Assembly: GCA_963848295.1 (NCBI GenBank)
Contig: CAWKDB010000010.1
Span: 2,272,001 to 2,336,000 of the forward strand
Reading direction: 5' to 3'
Source: an uncultured delta proteobacterium
GTDB taxonomy: Bacteria; Myxococcota_A; Polyangia; Haliangiales; Haliangiaceae
Length of the DNA: 64,000 bases
Positions 51,344 through 62,746 of this stretch are shown here, piece by piece. Position numbers and translations under genes: made by a program. The notes under the pieces are model-generated. The model was not told the origin of the DNA, did no database searches, and saw nothing but the letters and a program-made list of their open reading frames with translations. The first letter of the stretch is position 1. Each line of letters starts with the position of its first letter.

Positions 51344-54041
51344 ATGAATGGCTTCACTTCACGCCTCGCACTCACGGCGCTGATCGCGCTCGCAATCGCC
51401 GGCTGTAACGCTTCGCCCAACGCCACGAGCTGCCCGAGCGGCATCATCTGCCCGGCCGGCACGACCTGCGCTGCGGTCCAACCCGTGTGCATCACGAACC
51501 TGTGCGGCAACGGCATCGTCGATCCGGGCGAGACCTGCGACGACGGCAACATCATGGACGGCGACGGCTGCTCGCATGACTGCTTGTCGAAAGAGGTCTG
51601 CGGCAACGGCGTTCGCGATCCGGGCGAGCTGTGCGACGACGGGGTCGACGGAGTCACCGCGAACGGCAAGTGCTCGACGGACATGTCGAGCTGCAATGCC
51701 GACAGCGATTGCCCGGGCGGCACGTGCAAGCCCGACGGCTGCTCGGCCGACTGCAAGTCGCTCGAGACCTGCGGCAACGGCATCGTCGACGTCGGCGAGG
51801 TCTGCGATGACGGCGGCACGGCAAACGGCGCGTGTGGCGACGGCACGCCATGCAACGCCGACGTGGATTGCGCGAGCGGGGCGTGCTCGCCTGACGGTTG
51901 CTCGTCGAACTGCTTGTCGAACGAGACATGCGGCAATGGCATCGTCGATCTGGGCGAGAAGTGCGACGACGGCGGCGCCCCGGGTGGCTGCGAAGACAAC
52001 TGTCAGGCCGGCATCGGCTGTGGCAACGGTCAGATCGATCCGGGCGAGGAGTGCGACGACGGCAACACCAGCGACACCGACGACTGCCCGAGCAGCAATA
52101 CGGCGAACGGCGGCAAGTGCCAGATCGCGGTGTGCGGCGACGGCTTCGTCGACAGCGCGACCGGCGCGCATCACGAGGACTGCGACGGCGGCTCCGGCGG
52201 CCACCCCGCGTACACCGCGACGTGCAACCTAGACTGCACGACCGCGCGCTGCGGCGACGGCAAGGTCGATCCGCTGTTCATCGTCGTCTCGACCGGCAAG
52301 GGCGAGCAGTGCGACGACGGCAACAGCATCAACGGCGACGGCTGCGACAACAACTGCACGATCCCGACGTGCGGCAACGGCATCATGGACCCGGGCGAGG
52401 CCTGCGACGACGGCAACCAGGTCGACGGCGACGGCTGCGACAACAACTGCACCATCCCCGGCTGCGGCAACGGCATCGTCGACGGCACCGAGGCGTGCGA
52501 CGACGGCAACATGACGAACGGCGATGGCTGCGACAACAACTGCACGATCACCGGATGCGGCAATGACATCAAGGACCCCGGCGAGCAGTGCGATGACGGC
52601 AACAGCGTGAACGGTGACGGCTGCGACAACAACTGCACGATCCCGGCGTGCGGCAACGGCATCATCGACGGCACCGAAGCCTGCGACGACGGCAACTTGC
52701 TCGACGGCGACGGCTGCGAGCACGATTGCACGATCGCGAAGTGCGGCAACGGGATCAAGGACCCGGGCGAGGCGTGCGACGACGGCAACAAGGTCAACGG
52801 CGACACCTGTGACAACAACTGCACCGTGCCGGCGTGCGGCAACGGCATCATCGACGGCACCGAGGCCTGCGACGACGGCAACTTGCTCGACGGCGACGGC
52901 TGCGAGCACGATTGCACGATCGCGAACTGCGGCAACGGCATCAAGGATCCGGGCGAGGCCTGCGACGACGGCAACAAAGTCAACGGCGACACCTGCGACA
53001 ACAACTGCACGTTTCCGACCTGCGGCAACGGCGAGCTCGACGGTACCGAGGAGTGCGACGACGGCAACAACACCGACGGTGATGGTTGCGAGCACGACTG
53101 TACGATCGGGAAGTGCGGCAACGGCATCAAGGACCCGGGCGAGGGTTGCGACGACGGCAACAGCGACGATGCGGACGACTGCCGCAACGACTGCACGGTC
53201 GCGAAGTGCGGCGACGGCGTCACCGATCTAGAGACCGGCGCGAAACACGAGGTGTGCGACGACGGCAACACCACCACCGAGACCGCGTGCGTGTACGGCG
53301 AGCAGAGCTGCACCGCGTGCAGCGCGAACTGCCAGACCGTGCTGAACCTGACCGGCCCGTACTGCGGCGACGGCAACACCGACCCTGAAGAGTCATGCGA
53401 CGGCGGTGGCCCACCCCCGACCGCATGTGACTACGGCGTCCCGACGTGCAACCCGTGCAAGGCCGACTGCTCCGGCACCGAAACGCTACACGGCAACACG
53501 TGCAACGACGGCGTGGTCGATCCCGACGGCCACGAGGTGTGCGACGACGACAACGCGACGTGCGGTAGCTGTAGCGCCGACTGCTCGACGATCCTGAGCG
53601 CGTCGCCGACCGGGATCATCGGCGCGGTCGCGGGCGGCGATGTCACCGACGGAGAGACGATCACGCTCGGCGACGGCGAGCACGCGGCGACCGTGTTCGA
53701 GCTCGACGACGACGGCAGCGTCAGCGGCAGCCACGTCGCGGTGACCTTCACCGGCACCGACACGCCGACCGTGGTCGCGACCGCGCTCGCCAGCGCGATC
53801 CAAGGCGTCGGCGGCGACGCTCGTGATCTCCGCCGCGCACGCCGGGAACGTCGTCACGCTGACGAGCTCCCTCGAATCGACCGCGGGCAACGTCGCGATC
53901 GCCCACACGACGGCATCGCCCGAGTGGACGTTCGTCGGCATGGCAGGCGGCGGCGGCGGGAACTGCGGCAACGGCCAGAAGTGCACGTCGACCTCGGATT
54001 GCATGCCACCGTTGACGTGCGGATCCGGAACCTGCCACTAG
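51344..54041 (+). CDS. Cys-rich repeat lipoprotein (myxobacterial CGNG/DUF4215-type), +1 frameshift near 53817
   Basis: Lipobox IAGC; many CGNG...ExCDDGN...GDGC repeats; C-terminus continues in ORF 53823-54041. Confidence 0.88.
52370..53206 (+). repeat. Nine tandem 93-bp (31-aa) coding repeats in strict A/B alternation
   Basis: Units start with TGCGGCAA at 52370, 52463, 52556, 52649, 52742, 52835, 52928, 53021, 53114; DPGE and DGTE types alternate. Confidence 0.92.
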
Positions 54042-54065
54042 CGTCGCCGTGTTATACGGCTGCGC

Positions 54066-54834
<769 letters not shown>

Positions 54835-54863
54835 GTCGCTCCGGCGACCTCCGCCTGCGGTGA

Positions 54864-57680
54864 TCACGGGTGCTTCTTGAGCCACTCGTCGCTCGCCTTG
54901 ACGTTGCCCTTGAAGTTCGGGCCGAGCTTCTGAAACGCCGCCTTCGCCTCGGTCATCAGCGTGCGCGCCCGGGCCTTGTCGCCGTGGGTCTCGACGAGCG
55001 AGCGGGCGAGCACGTTCTTCGTCATCGCGACTTGTTGGATCATCGATTCGTCGCCCAGGTCGGCTAGCGTCGCCTCGGCGAACTTCCGTGCATCCGCGAA
55101 GCGCTTCGCGTTGTACGCGACGATCCCCATCGCGGTGCCGGCGGCACTCACTCGCTTGTCATGATTGCTCGCGAGGATGTCGCGCGCCTGGCCGAGGATC
55201 CGCAGCGATTCGTCGACGCTGTCCTCGGACCTGATCTGACCGTAGTTGAGTAGCAGGAAGGCAAGCTCCAGCGAGTTCGGGCCCGATCCCTTCGTGACGA
55301 GCTCGACCGCGTGCGCGAAGTGCTCGAGCGCTTTGGCGTGCTCGTCATTCGAGTTCTCCATCATCGCGATCGAGGTGTGCAAGCCGGCGATCGTGACGAG
55401 CTGTTCCGGCCGTGATTCGTCCGTCATCGCGAGCGCCTGCTCGAACATCGCGATCGCGTCCTTAGTCTTCCCTTCGGCTTCGATGACGTACGCGAGATTA
55501 TCGAGCGCGAGCGCGACCTTGAAGTGATGGTCGCCGTAGACTCGACGAATGATGTCGAGCGCGTGCTCGGCGTCGGCGTGCGCCTGCGCGAGCTCGCCGC
55601 GCATGACCTCGTCGTGCGCGCGCACGTCCAGGTAGGTCGCGACCTGCGGATGATCCGGCCCGAGGTCCTTGGTCCGGTCGGCGATGATCTGATCGAGGAC
55701 CTCGGTGTTCTCTTTGGTCTCGCCGAGCGGGGTCAGCGCCTCGATCAGGCAGTCGCGCGCGTCGTCGATCTGGGTGTGGCTGTCGAGGCGCAGCGCGTCG
55801 GCATACGCGGCGTGACACGCCACCGACCCATCTCGCCACTTGCGAGCGTGGACCAGCCCGCGTGCGGTCGCGATCTCGGCGCCGACGACGAGCTTGCGAT
55901 CACCGGTACGCGCGGCCGCGGCCTTCGCGAGCGGGGACAGCGTCTCGAGCGCATCCAGCGCGTGCTCCGTGCCCGACGCCTGCGCGGCGAGCGCGAGCGC
56001 ACTTGCAGCAGCTCGATCGAGGTGTTGCCCGATGGCGAGCTCCGCGGCATGCACGAGGTCCTTGCGCGCCGGCTCGATCAGCGCCACCTTGCTGCGCCCG
56101 AGCACCGAGTACGCGTGCGCTTGCAGCGGGACGTAGCCGAGCTCGTCGGCACGCTTGACGATCGCCGCGGCCGCATCGCGGGCGCCGCGATAGTCGCCGG
56201 TGATGCCACGGACGAGCGCGGCGTCGAGCTTGAGCTCGAGTTGGCCGACCTCGGCCGCGATCGCGGGCGGGACCATCGGCAATGCGGACATCTCCGTCGA
56301 GTCCGCGCAGTCGCCGAGATCGGGCAATCCGTCGCCGAGTTGGCTCGCATTGTCGACGAGCTCCGGCGACACGTCGCCCGTGACCGCGGTGACGAGCACG
56401 CGCAACGCGTCGAGGCGCGAGTCGAGACACGCCCGCTTTCGCACGACGAGCTCGGGGGCAGCGCCGGTCGAAGCGCGCTCGGCCTTGCAGACGTCGCTCG
56501 TGATCGACTGCCAGCGCGTCGAGTAGCGATCGACCGCGGCGTCGAGCTGGTCCGACGCGAGCTTGGCATAAGGCCGCTTGGTCGCGGCGAACCTCGCGGC
56601 CACCGCGGTCTTTTGCATCGCGGACCACGTCGCACCGATTCGATCAGCCGCGACGCGGTCGCAAGTCACCGTGGCGGGCTGTTCGTGGCGCAATGCGAGG
56701 TACACCGCCGCGGCGCCACCTGCCGCGGTGAGCGCGCCGAAAGTCACCACGAGCGGCCAGATCCGGCGCTTCGCCGGAGGTGCGAGCTCGGCGATCAACG
56801 CGGTCATCGACGGCCAGCGCTTGGCCGGATCGCGCGACAGCCCGCGAATGATCGCATCGAGGGCGCGCCGCGGCACCCGGTTGCCGCGCGGCGGCGGGAT
56901 CAGATCGCCATCGTAGATCGCATAGCCGATCGCAAAAGGAGACATCGAGCCGCGATCGCCGACGATGTAAGGATGTTGGCCGCCGAACAACGCCTCCCAC
57001 AACGCGACGCAGAACGAGAACTGATCGCTCGCCTCGTTCGCCGGTTGCAACGCGTGCTGCTCCGGTGACATGTATGCCGGCGTGCCCATGATCGAACCCA
57101 TCCGCGTCACGCCGCGCGGCCCCGGATCGACCGTGCGCGCGAGCCCGAAGTCGGTCACCGCGACTCGGCCACGGCGATCGATCAGGACGTTGCTCGGCTT
57201 GAAGTCGCGGTGAACCAATCCGACCGCGTGTGCTGCGGCGAGCCCGCGTCCCGCCTCGACGAACCACCCCATGATCTGCGACGTCGGAGGCCGGCGGCGC
57301 GCGAGCGCTCGGGCCAGATCCTCGCCGTCGATGTACTGCATCGCGAGGAACACCTGGCCGTCGATCTCGCCGGCGTCGTAGACCGCGACGACGTGCGGAT
57401 CATCGAGCTTCGCGAGCGCCTGCGCTTCGAGCCCGAGCCGCTCGGCCGCCTCGGCGTGCGTCGAGTGCAGGAGCTTGAGCGCGACCCGGCGATCGAGCAG
57501 GCTGTCGTGCGCGAGGTAGACCACGCCCATGCCGCCGCGCCCGAGCACGCTCTCGACCGTGTAACGCCCGAGATGCGTGCCACGCTGGAGATCGATGCGG
57601 CGCTCTCCGGTGAAGCCCGTACCGGGAGTCGTCGCATCGGCGACGCCGATCGTCGTCTCGTACCCGGGCGAGCTCTTCAC
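54864..57680 (-). CDS. Ser/Thr protein kinase with TM and extracytoplasmic TPR domain
   Basis: [39 protein letters not shown]-terminus; GTG 57680 has TATACT 7 nt upstream (alternative GTG 57719). Confidence 0.9.
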   Translation of the reverse strand: MKSSPGYETTIGVADATTPGTGFTGERRIDLQRGTHLGRYTVESVLGRGGMGVVYLAHDSLLDRRVALKLLHSTHAEAAERLGLEAQALAKLDDPHVVAVYDAGEIDGQVFLAMQYIDGEDLARALARRRPPTSQIMGWFVEAGRGLAAAHAVGLVHRDFKPSNVLIDRRGRVAVTDFGLARTVDPGPRGVTRMGSIMGTPAYMSPEQHALQPANEASDQFSFCVALWEALFGGQHPYIVGDRGSMSPFAIGYAIYDGDLIPPPRGNRVPRRALDAIIRGLSRDPAKRWPSMTALIAELAPPAKRRIWPLVVTFGALTAAGGAAAVYLALRHEQPATVTCDRVAADRIGATWSAMQKTAVAARFAATKRPYAKLASDQLDAAVDRYSTRWQSITSDVCKAERASTGAAPELVVRKRACLDSRLDALRVLVTAVTGDVSPELVDNASQLGDGLPDLGDCADSTEMSALPMVPPAIAAEVGQLELKLDAALVRGITGDYRGARDAAAAIVKRADELGYVPLQAHAYSVLGRSKVALIEPARKDLVHAAELAIGQHLDRAAASALALAAQASGTEHALDALETLSPLAKAAAARTGDRKLVVGAEIATARGLVHARKWRDGSVACHAAYADALRLDSHTQIDDARDCLIEALTPLGETKENTEVLDQIIADRTKDLGPDHPQVATYLDVRAHDEVMRGELAQAHADAEHALDIIRRVYGDHHFKVALALDNLAYVIEAEGKTKDAIAMFEQALAMTDESRPEQLVTIAGLHTSIAMMENSNDEHAKALEHFAHAVELVTKGSGPNSLELAFLLLNYGQIRSEDSVDESLRILGQARDILASNHDKRVSAAGTAMGIVAYNAKRFADARKFAEATLADLGDESMIQQVAMTKNVLARSLVETHGDKARARTLMTEAKAAFQKLGPNFKGNVKASDEWLKKHP

Positions 57681-57715
57681 CAGTGTGAGTATAACGCTGC
57701 GACGGCGGCGCGCAT

Positions 57716-59142
57716 TCACTCCGTGGCGACGAGCTTCGCAAGCCGGCGAATCGCGTCGGAGATCCGCTCGGACCAAGGGGCTCCGGCCGAAATCCGCACG
57801 AAGCTCGCGAACCGCGACCGCGCCGAGAACAGCGGGCCGGGCGCGACCACGATGCCGCGACGCAGCGCCGCGTCGTGCAGTGCGAGCGCGTCGCAGCCTG
57901 GCTGGCAGCTCGACCCACAACACGTAGCCGCCGCGCGGTGCCGCGACGCGCGTGCCCTCCGGAAACTGGCTCGCGATCGCGTCGTGATAACGCGCGACGT
58001 TGCCGGCAACCGCCGCGCGCAACCGGCGCAAATGGCGATCGTAGCCGCCCGACGCCAGGAATTCGGCGACCGCCATGCCTGGCAACGCAGGGCACGCGAG
58101 CGACTGACCGTACTTGAGTCGCACGATCTGACCGTGCCAGCGCCCACCGGCGACCCAACCGACGCGGTAGCCGGGGGCCAGCGTCTTCGAGACGGAGCTG
58201 ACCAGCACGACGTGGTTGTCTTCACTCGCCCCGGCGTAGCCGCGCAGCAGGCGCGGCCGCGTGCCGTCGAACACGAGCTCGCCGTAGACGTCATCCTCGA
58301 TGATCGCGATCTCGGCGCGCCTCGTGATCCGCACGAGCTTCTCGCGCTCGTCCTCCGGCATGATCGCGCCGAGCGGATTCGACACCGTCGGGCTGACCAC
58401 GACCGCGCGAACCGGCTGCGCGCGAATCGCCTCTTCGAACGCCGCGACATCGAGCCCGGTGCGCGGGTGCGCGGGAATCTCGAGCGCGCGCAACCCGAGG
58501 CTCTCGATGCCTTGCAGCACGCCGAAATACGCCGGCGATTCGACCGCGACGACGTCTCCGGGCTTCGCGATCGCGCGGAGCGCGAGGAACAGCCCTTCGG
58601 TCGCGCCGATCGTCGTGCACAGATCGTCCTCGGCGAGGGCCGCGCCCGCTTCGACCGCGCGACGCGCGATCTGGCGACGCAGGGTCAACAACCCCGGCGC
58701 TGGCTTCGTAGCGAGCACCGACGCTCGACATCTCGCGCGTGATCTGAGTGAGGCTCCGGCTGAGCTGGGCGATCGGGAGGTACGACGCGTCGATCGTCGC
58801 GCAGCCGAGGGGCACGAGCTCGGGGTCGCGCATCGCCTCGAGGATCTTCGTGTACGCGTCGCTGACCGTCACGCGCGACGGCCGCTGACACGCGCGCGGA
58901 GGCCGCGGTTCCGCGGTGGCTCGCGAGCGCCGTCGAACAAAGTGTCCGGATTTCGGACGAACTTCGATCACGCCCGCGTTCTCGAGCCGGAGATAGGCTT
59001 CGAGCACGGTCGACACGCTGATGCTGCGCTCGCGCGCGAGCCGGCGCACCGATGGCAAACGATCTCCGGCGCGCAACGCACCGCGATCGATCGCCGTTCC
59101 GAGCTCGTCCGCCAGGTTCTCGTAGAGGAAGCCGGACTCCAT
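57716..59142 (-). CDS. MocR-subfamily GntR regulator with PLP aminotransferase domain (+1 frameshifts near 58704 and 57902)
   Basis: GDRLPSVR..STVLEAY wHTH; ESPAY, NPLG, EDDVY, SSVSKTLAPGYRVGW, APGPLFS. Confidence 0.9.
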
Positions 59143-59174
59143 GCCATGAAGTGTATCGATCACGTCCGCGATCG

Positions 59175-59255
59175 ACCAGCACAGATCATTTCGCTCGGAA
59201 CCGGAACAGTCGGTCTGTACTGGTGGCAACCCGAGACTCGTGGTTCTGTACCGGT
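59175..59255. promoter_or_regulatory. Putative MocR operator: four related 11-mers
   Basis: accagcacaga 59175, accggaacagt 59200, and inverted tctgtactggt 59214, tctgtaccggt 59245. Confidence 0.6.
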
Positions 59256-59281
59256 TCGCCGTGGCGACCGACCATTCGGAC

Positions 59282-60182
59282 ATGGTGACGACAGCTGCTC
59301 CGGTCGCACGGGCTCGCACCCCCACCGATCCGCTCCTGATCGCGAGCCTGACCGCGGTGTTCGTGATCTGGGGCTCGACGTACCTCGCCGCGCGGATCGC
59401 GGTGCGCGAGCTACCGCCGTTCACGACCGCGTGCATGCGGTTCCTCACCGCCGGCTCGGTCATGCTGCTCGTCGCGATCCGCCGCGGTGCGAAGCTGCCG
59501 CCGCTCCGCGATTGGTTGCGGGTCGCGCCCGCCGCGTTCTTGCTGTTCGTCTGCGGCAACGGCTTCGTCGTCACCGCCGAGACCTCGATCGCGTCGAGCG
59601 GCGCCGCGATCGTGTGCGCGATGATGCCGCTGTGGATGGGCGTGCTCGGAGCGGTGAGCGGCCAACGGCCGACCCGCGCGCGAGTGGCTGTCGCTCGTGG
59701 TCGGCTTCGTCGGCGTCGTCGTGCTCGTCGGCGGTCCGTCGCTCGCCGGCGATCGCATCGATATCGTGTTGCTCCTGTTGTCGCCGCCGTCGTGGGCGCT
59801 CGGCTCGCTGCTCGCGCGTCGCGTGAAAGATGTCGGTGGCGAGCACGCCGGGCTCGTCGGCCCGGCGCTGCAGTTGCTCGTCGGCGGTGCGATGCTCGCG
59901 CTCGGCGCCCGCTTGCGCGGAGAGCACATCCCGGCCGGCGTGTCAGCGCACGCGTGGCTCGCGGTCGCGTACCTCGCGGTCTTCGGCTCGCTCGTCGGGT
60001 TCACCGCGTACAGCTGGCTACTGCGCAACGCGCGGCCGACCGTCGCGACGAGCTACGCGTACGTCAACCCGGTGATCGCGGTGATCATCGGCGCGGCGCT
60101 GTACGGCGAGCCGATCGGCGTCTCGACGATCGTCGCGAACGTGCTGATCGGCGGCGCGGTCATGCTCGCGCTGCGCAAGTAG
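59282..60182 (+). CDS. EamA/DMT transporter, YedA-like (+1 frameshift near 59674)
   Basis: VIWGSTYLA, RFLTAG, YLAVFGSLVGFTAY, SYAYVNPVIAV. Confidence 0.9.
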
Positions 60183-60226
60183 CCGGCGGCGCGAGCTCGC
60201 GAGCGATCGCGCTGGGCCCGTAACGC

Positions 60227-60862
60227 TCAGTAGCCGATATCTTGAATCGTGCGGACGATCGCGTCATCGGTCGCCGCGGCGACAAGGAACTCGGCGACAT
60301 CGGCGTGCGACAGGCTCTTCGCCACGCTGAGCGCGAGATCGACGCCGGTGCGGTAACCGCCTTTCGCGGGCTTGCCGGTGAGCGCCGGCGGCCTCACGAT
60401 CACCCACTCGAGCGTGCTCGCTCGAATCGTCGACTCGGCGATCCGCTTGTCGTCGCACAGCGCGCGATTCATCGAGCGATAGATCGCGGTCGCGGTGCGG
60501 TTGAACAGCGACAGCGCATGGCCATCGCCGACCATCAGGCCGCTCTCGAACACGAAGCGTTTGACGCCCGCTTTCTCGCACGAATCGACGATGTTGCGAA
60601 CGCCGACCGAGATCAGCGTACCCGGGCGGCGGTTGTTCGCCGGGCCGATCGCGGACAGCACGGCGTCGGCGCCTGCGACCGCAGCATCGATCGACGCGCA
60701 GTCGAGCACGTCGCCTTTCATGATCTGGAGCCGATCGTGGGTTGTCTTGATCACCTCGGGCTTGCGCGCGACCGCGACCACGCGATGCCCTGCCGCCAAC
60801 CCACACTCGACGATCTGCTGCCCCGTCCCACCGGTGGCGCCAAACACCACGATCTTGCGCAT
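60227..60862 (-). CDS. NAD(P)-dependent oxidoreductase (BVR-B/flavin reductase-like)
   Basis: VFGATGGTG, GDVLD, WVIVRP, DVAEFL. Confidence 0.9.
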   Translation of the reverse strand: MRKIVVFGATGGTGQQIVECGLAAGHRVVAVARKPEVIKTTHDRLQIMKGDVLDCASIDAAVAGADAVLSAIGPANNRRPGTLISVGVRNIVDSCEKAGVKRFVFESGLMVGDGHALSLFNRTATAIYRSMNRALCDDKRIAESTIRASTLEWVIVRPPALTGKPAKGGYRTGVDLALSVAKSLSHADVAEFLVAAATDDAIVRTIQDIGY

Positions 60863-60938
60863 CTAGGAGTTGTACAGCGGAGCTAAGCGCGTTGGGTGTC
60901 AACTGGCGCGCGCACTCGGGTTTAGCTACCCTCTCGCC

Positions 60939-62108
60939 ATGTTCCGCCGGCACCTTGCAGTCGCACTTACGCTCGCGGTCGTCGCGTGTGGTGGCCAGCC
61001 GAAGCAGGTCAAAGTCGTCAAGCCGGACACCAAGCGCGAGGCTCGAACGCTGCTGAGCGAAGCCCGTGACGACGCGAAGAACGGCGAGTACGACGCGGCC
61101 GACAAGGCCTACGCCGATGCGTACGGCGTCGCGAAGGACTTCGACATTCTCGAGGAGCGCGTCGACTTTCTCGTCCACGCCGGGCGCGCCACGAAGGGCG
61201 TCGCAGCGGCGAAGGGCTACTACGACGCGAACGTCAGTGACACGAAGGGCTATGCGCTCTACGCCGAAGCGCTGATCGCCTCCGGCGACGGCAAGACCGC
61301 GCTCGAGGTCTCCGATCAGCTACTGCAACTCAGCTCGGACGATCCGGTCGGGTACGAGAAGCGCGGCCGTGCGCTCCTCCTGCTCGATAAGAGCGACGAA
61401 GGCATCGAGGAGCTGCGCAAGGCGCTCAGGCTCGACTCGAAGAGTGCGACCTACCACATGGCGCTCGGCACCGCGCTCGACGGGCTGCATCACGTCGAAG
61501 AGGCGCAGCTCGAGTTCCGCGCCGCACTCAATGCTGCACCGGACGATGCCGACGCGAACGTCGCGCTCGGCATGGCGCTGCGCGAGCTCGGCGAGCTCGA
61601 TGAAGCGAAGACCTACCTCGACAAGGCGCTCACGCTCGACGCGAACAACGGCCGCGCCCACTTCGAGCTCGGGTTGTTGTTCAACCGCGAAGGCAAGCAG
61701 CCGGAGGCCGAGCGCGAGCTGTCGCTGGCGATCCAACGCTCGCCGAACGAGTCGCTGTTCTGGTACGCGTACGGCGAGATCTTCAGACTCCAAGACCGCA
61801 CCGATGAGGCGGTCTCGGCCTACAAGAAAGCGACCGACCTCGATCCGCCGTACCCGAAGGCACTCGAGAAGCTCGGGGCCATGTACGTCGCGCGCAAGCA
61901 ATATGACGACGCCGAAGTCGTGCTGACAAAAGCCGTGCGCAGGTTGCCGCTCGAGCCGTCGAACTACTTGAACCTCGCGACGCTCTACGCCGCGAAGCAC
62001 AAGAACAGGCAGGCGATCGACAACTACGAAAAGTTCCTCGAGCTCGCGCCGAAGAACGACGCCGACCGCGGCCGCGTGCGTGAAGCGATCAGCTTGCTAA
62101 AACGTTAG
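60939..62108 (+). CDS. TPR-repeat lipoprotein
   Basis: Lipobox VVAC; multiple tandem TPRs. Confidence 0.88.
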   Translation: MFRRHLAVALTLAVVACGGQPKQVKVVKPDTKREARTLLSEARDDAKNGEYDAADKAYADAYGVAKDFDILEERVDFLVHAGRATKGVAAAKGYYDANVSDTKGYALYAEALIASGDGKTALEVSDQLLQLSSDDPVGYEKRGRALLLLDKSDEGIEELRKALRLDSKSATYHMALGTALDGLHHVEEAQLEFRAALNAAPDDADANVALGMALRELGELDEAKTYLDKALTLDANNGRAHFELGLLFNREGKQPEAERELSLAIQRSPNESLFWYAYGEIFRLQDRTDEAVSAYKKATDLDPPYPKALEKLGAMYVARKQYDDAEVVLTKAVRRLPLEPSNYLNLATLYAAKHKNRQAIDNYEKFLELAPKNDADRGRVREAISLLKR

Positions 62109-62729
62109 GCGGTACTCCGGCGGGATCTGGTCGGCCGACTCGATCACCACGCCGAGATCGCGTAGCAGGCCATCGCGCAGCGAGTAGATCCAGCCGTGGA
62201 TCGTCAGGGCTTGCCCGCGTTGCCACGCGTCCTGCACGATCGTCGTGTGGCCCAGGTTCGCGACCTGGGTCTCGACATTGAGCTCGCACAACCGATTCGC
62301 GCGCGCGACCGGGTCGACGATCGCGGAGAGCTCCTCGCGATGCCACAGGTGGATATCGCGGATGTGGCGCAGCCAGTTGTCGATCAAGCCGAGCGGTTGT
62401 GAAGCCATCGCCGCGCGCACGCCACCGCAGCCGTAGTGACCGACGACGACCACGTGCTTGATCCGGAGTACGTCGACCGCGTACTGCAGGACCGAGAGGC
62501 AGTTGACGTCGGTGTGCTCCACGATGTTCGCGACGTTGCGGTGCACGAACAGCTCGCCAGGGGCGCGACCGATGATCTCGTTCGGTGGCAATCGACTATC
62601 GGAGCACCCGATCCACAGCAGATCGGGGCTCTGCAGATCCTCGAGCCGCTTGAAGAAGCCCGGGTCGTTAGCCGCCGCCTTGTGGGCCCAGCGGCGATTC
62701 GCTGCGAAGCAGTCGTCGAGCAGGTTCAC
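62097..62729 (-). CDS. can: Beta-class carbonic anhydrase
   Basis: WIGCSDSR, FVHRNVAN, GHYGCGG, LCELNV. Confidence 0.95.
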   Translation of the reverse strand: MNLLDDCFAANRRWAHKAAANDPGFFKRLEDLQSPDLLWIGCSDSRLPPNEIIGRAPGELFVHRNVANIVEHTDVNCLSVLQYAVDVLRIKHVVVVGHYGCGGVRAAMASQPLGLIDNWLRHIRDIHLWHREELSAIVDPVARANRLCELNVETQVANLGHTTIVQDAWQRGQALTIHGWIYSLRDGLLRDLGVVIESADQIPPEYRLTF

Positions 62730-62746
62730 GCCTGCGATGTACCACG

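Noticed and set aside
52370..53206. Regular repeats as a possible CRISPR array
   Set aside because: Contiguous in-frame coding repeats with no unique spacers and no cas genes
54864..58718. Apparent 1284-aa PLP-aminotransferase/kinase/TPR fusion
   Set aside because: The MocR C-terminus continues in another frame to a stop at 57716, and the kinase has its own start and -10 box; frameshift artefact
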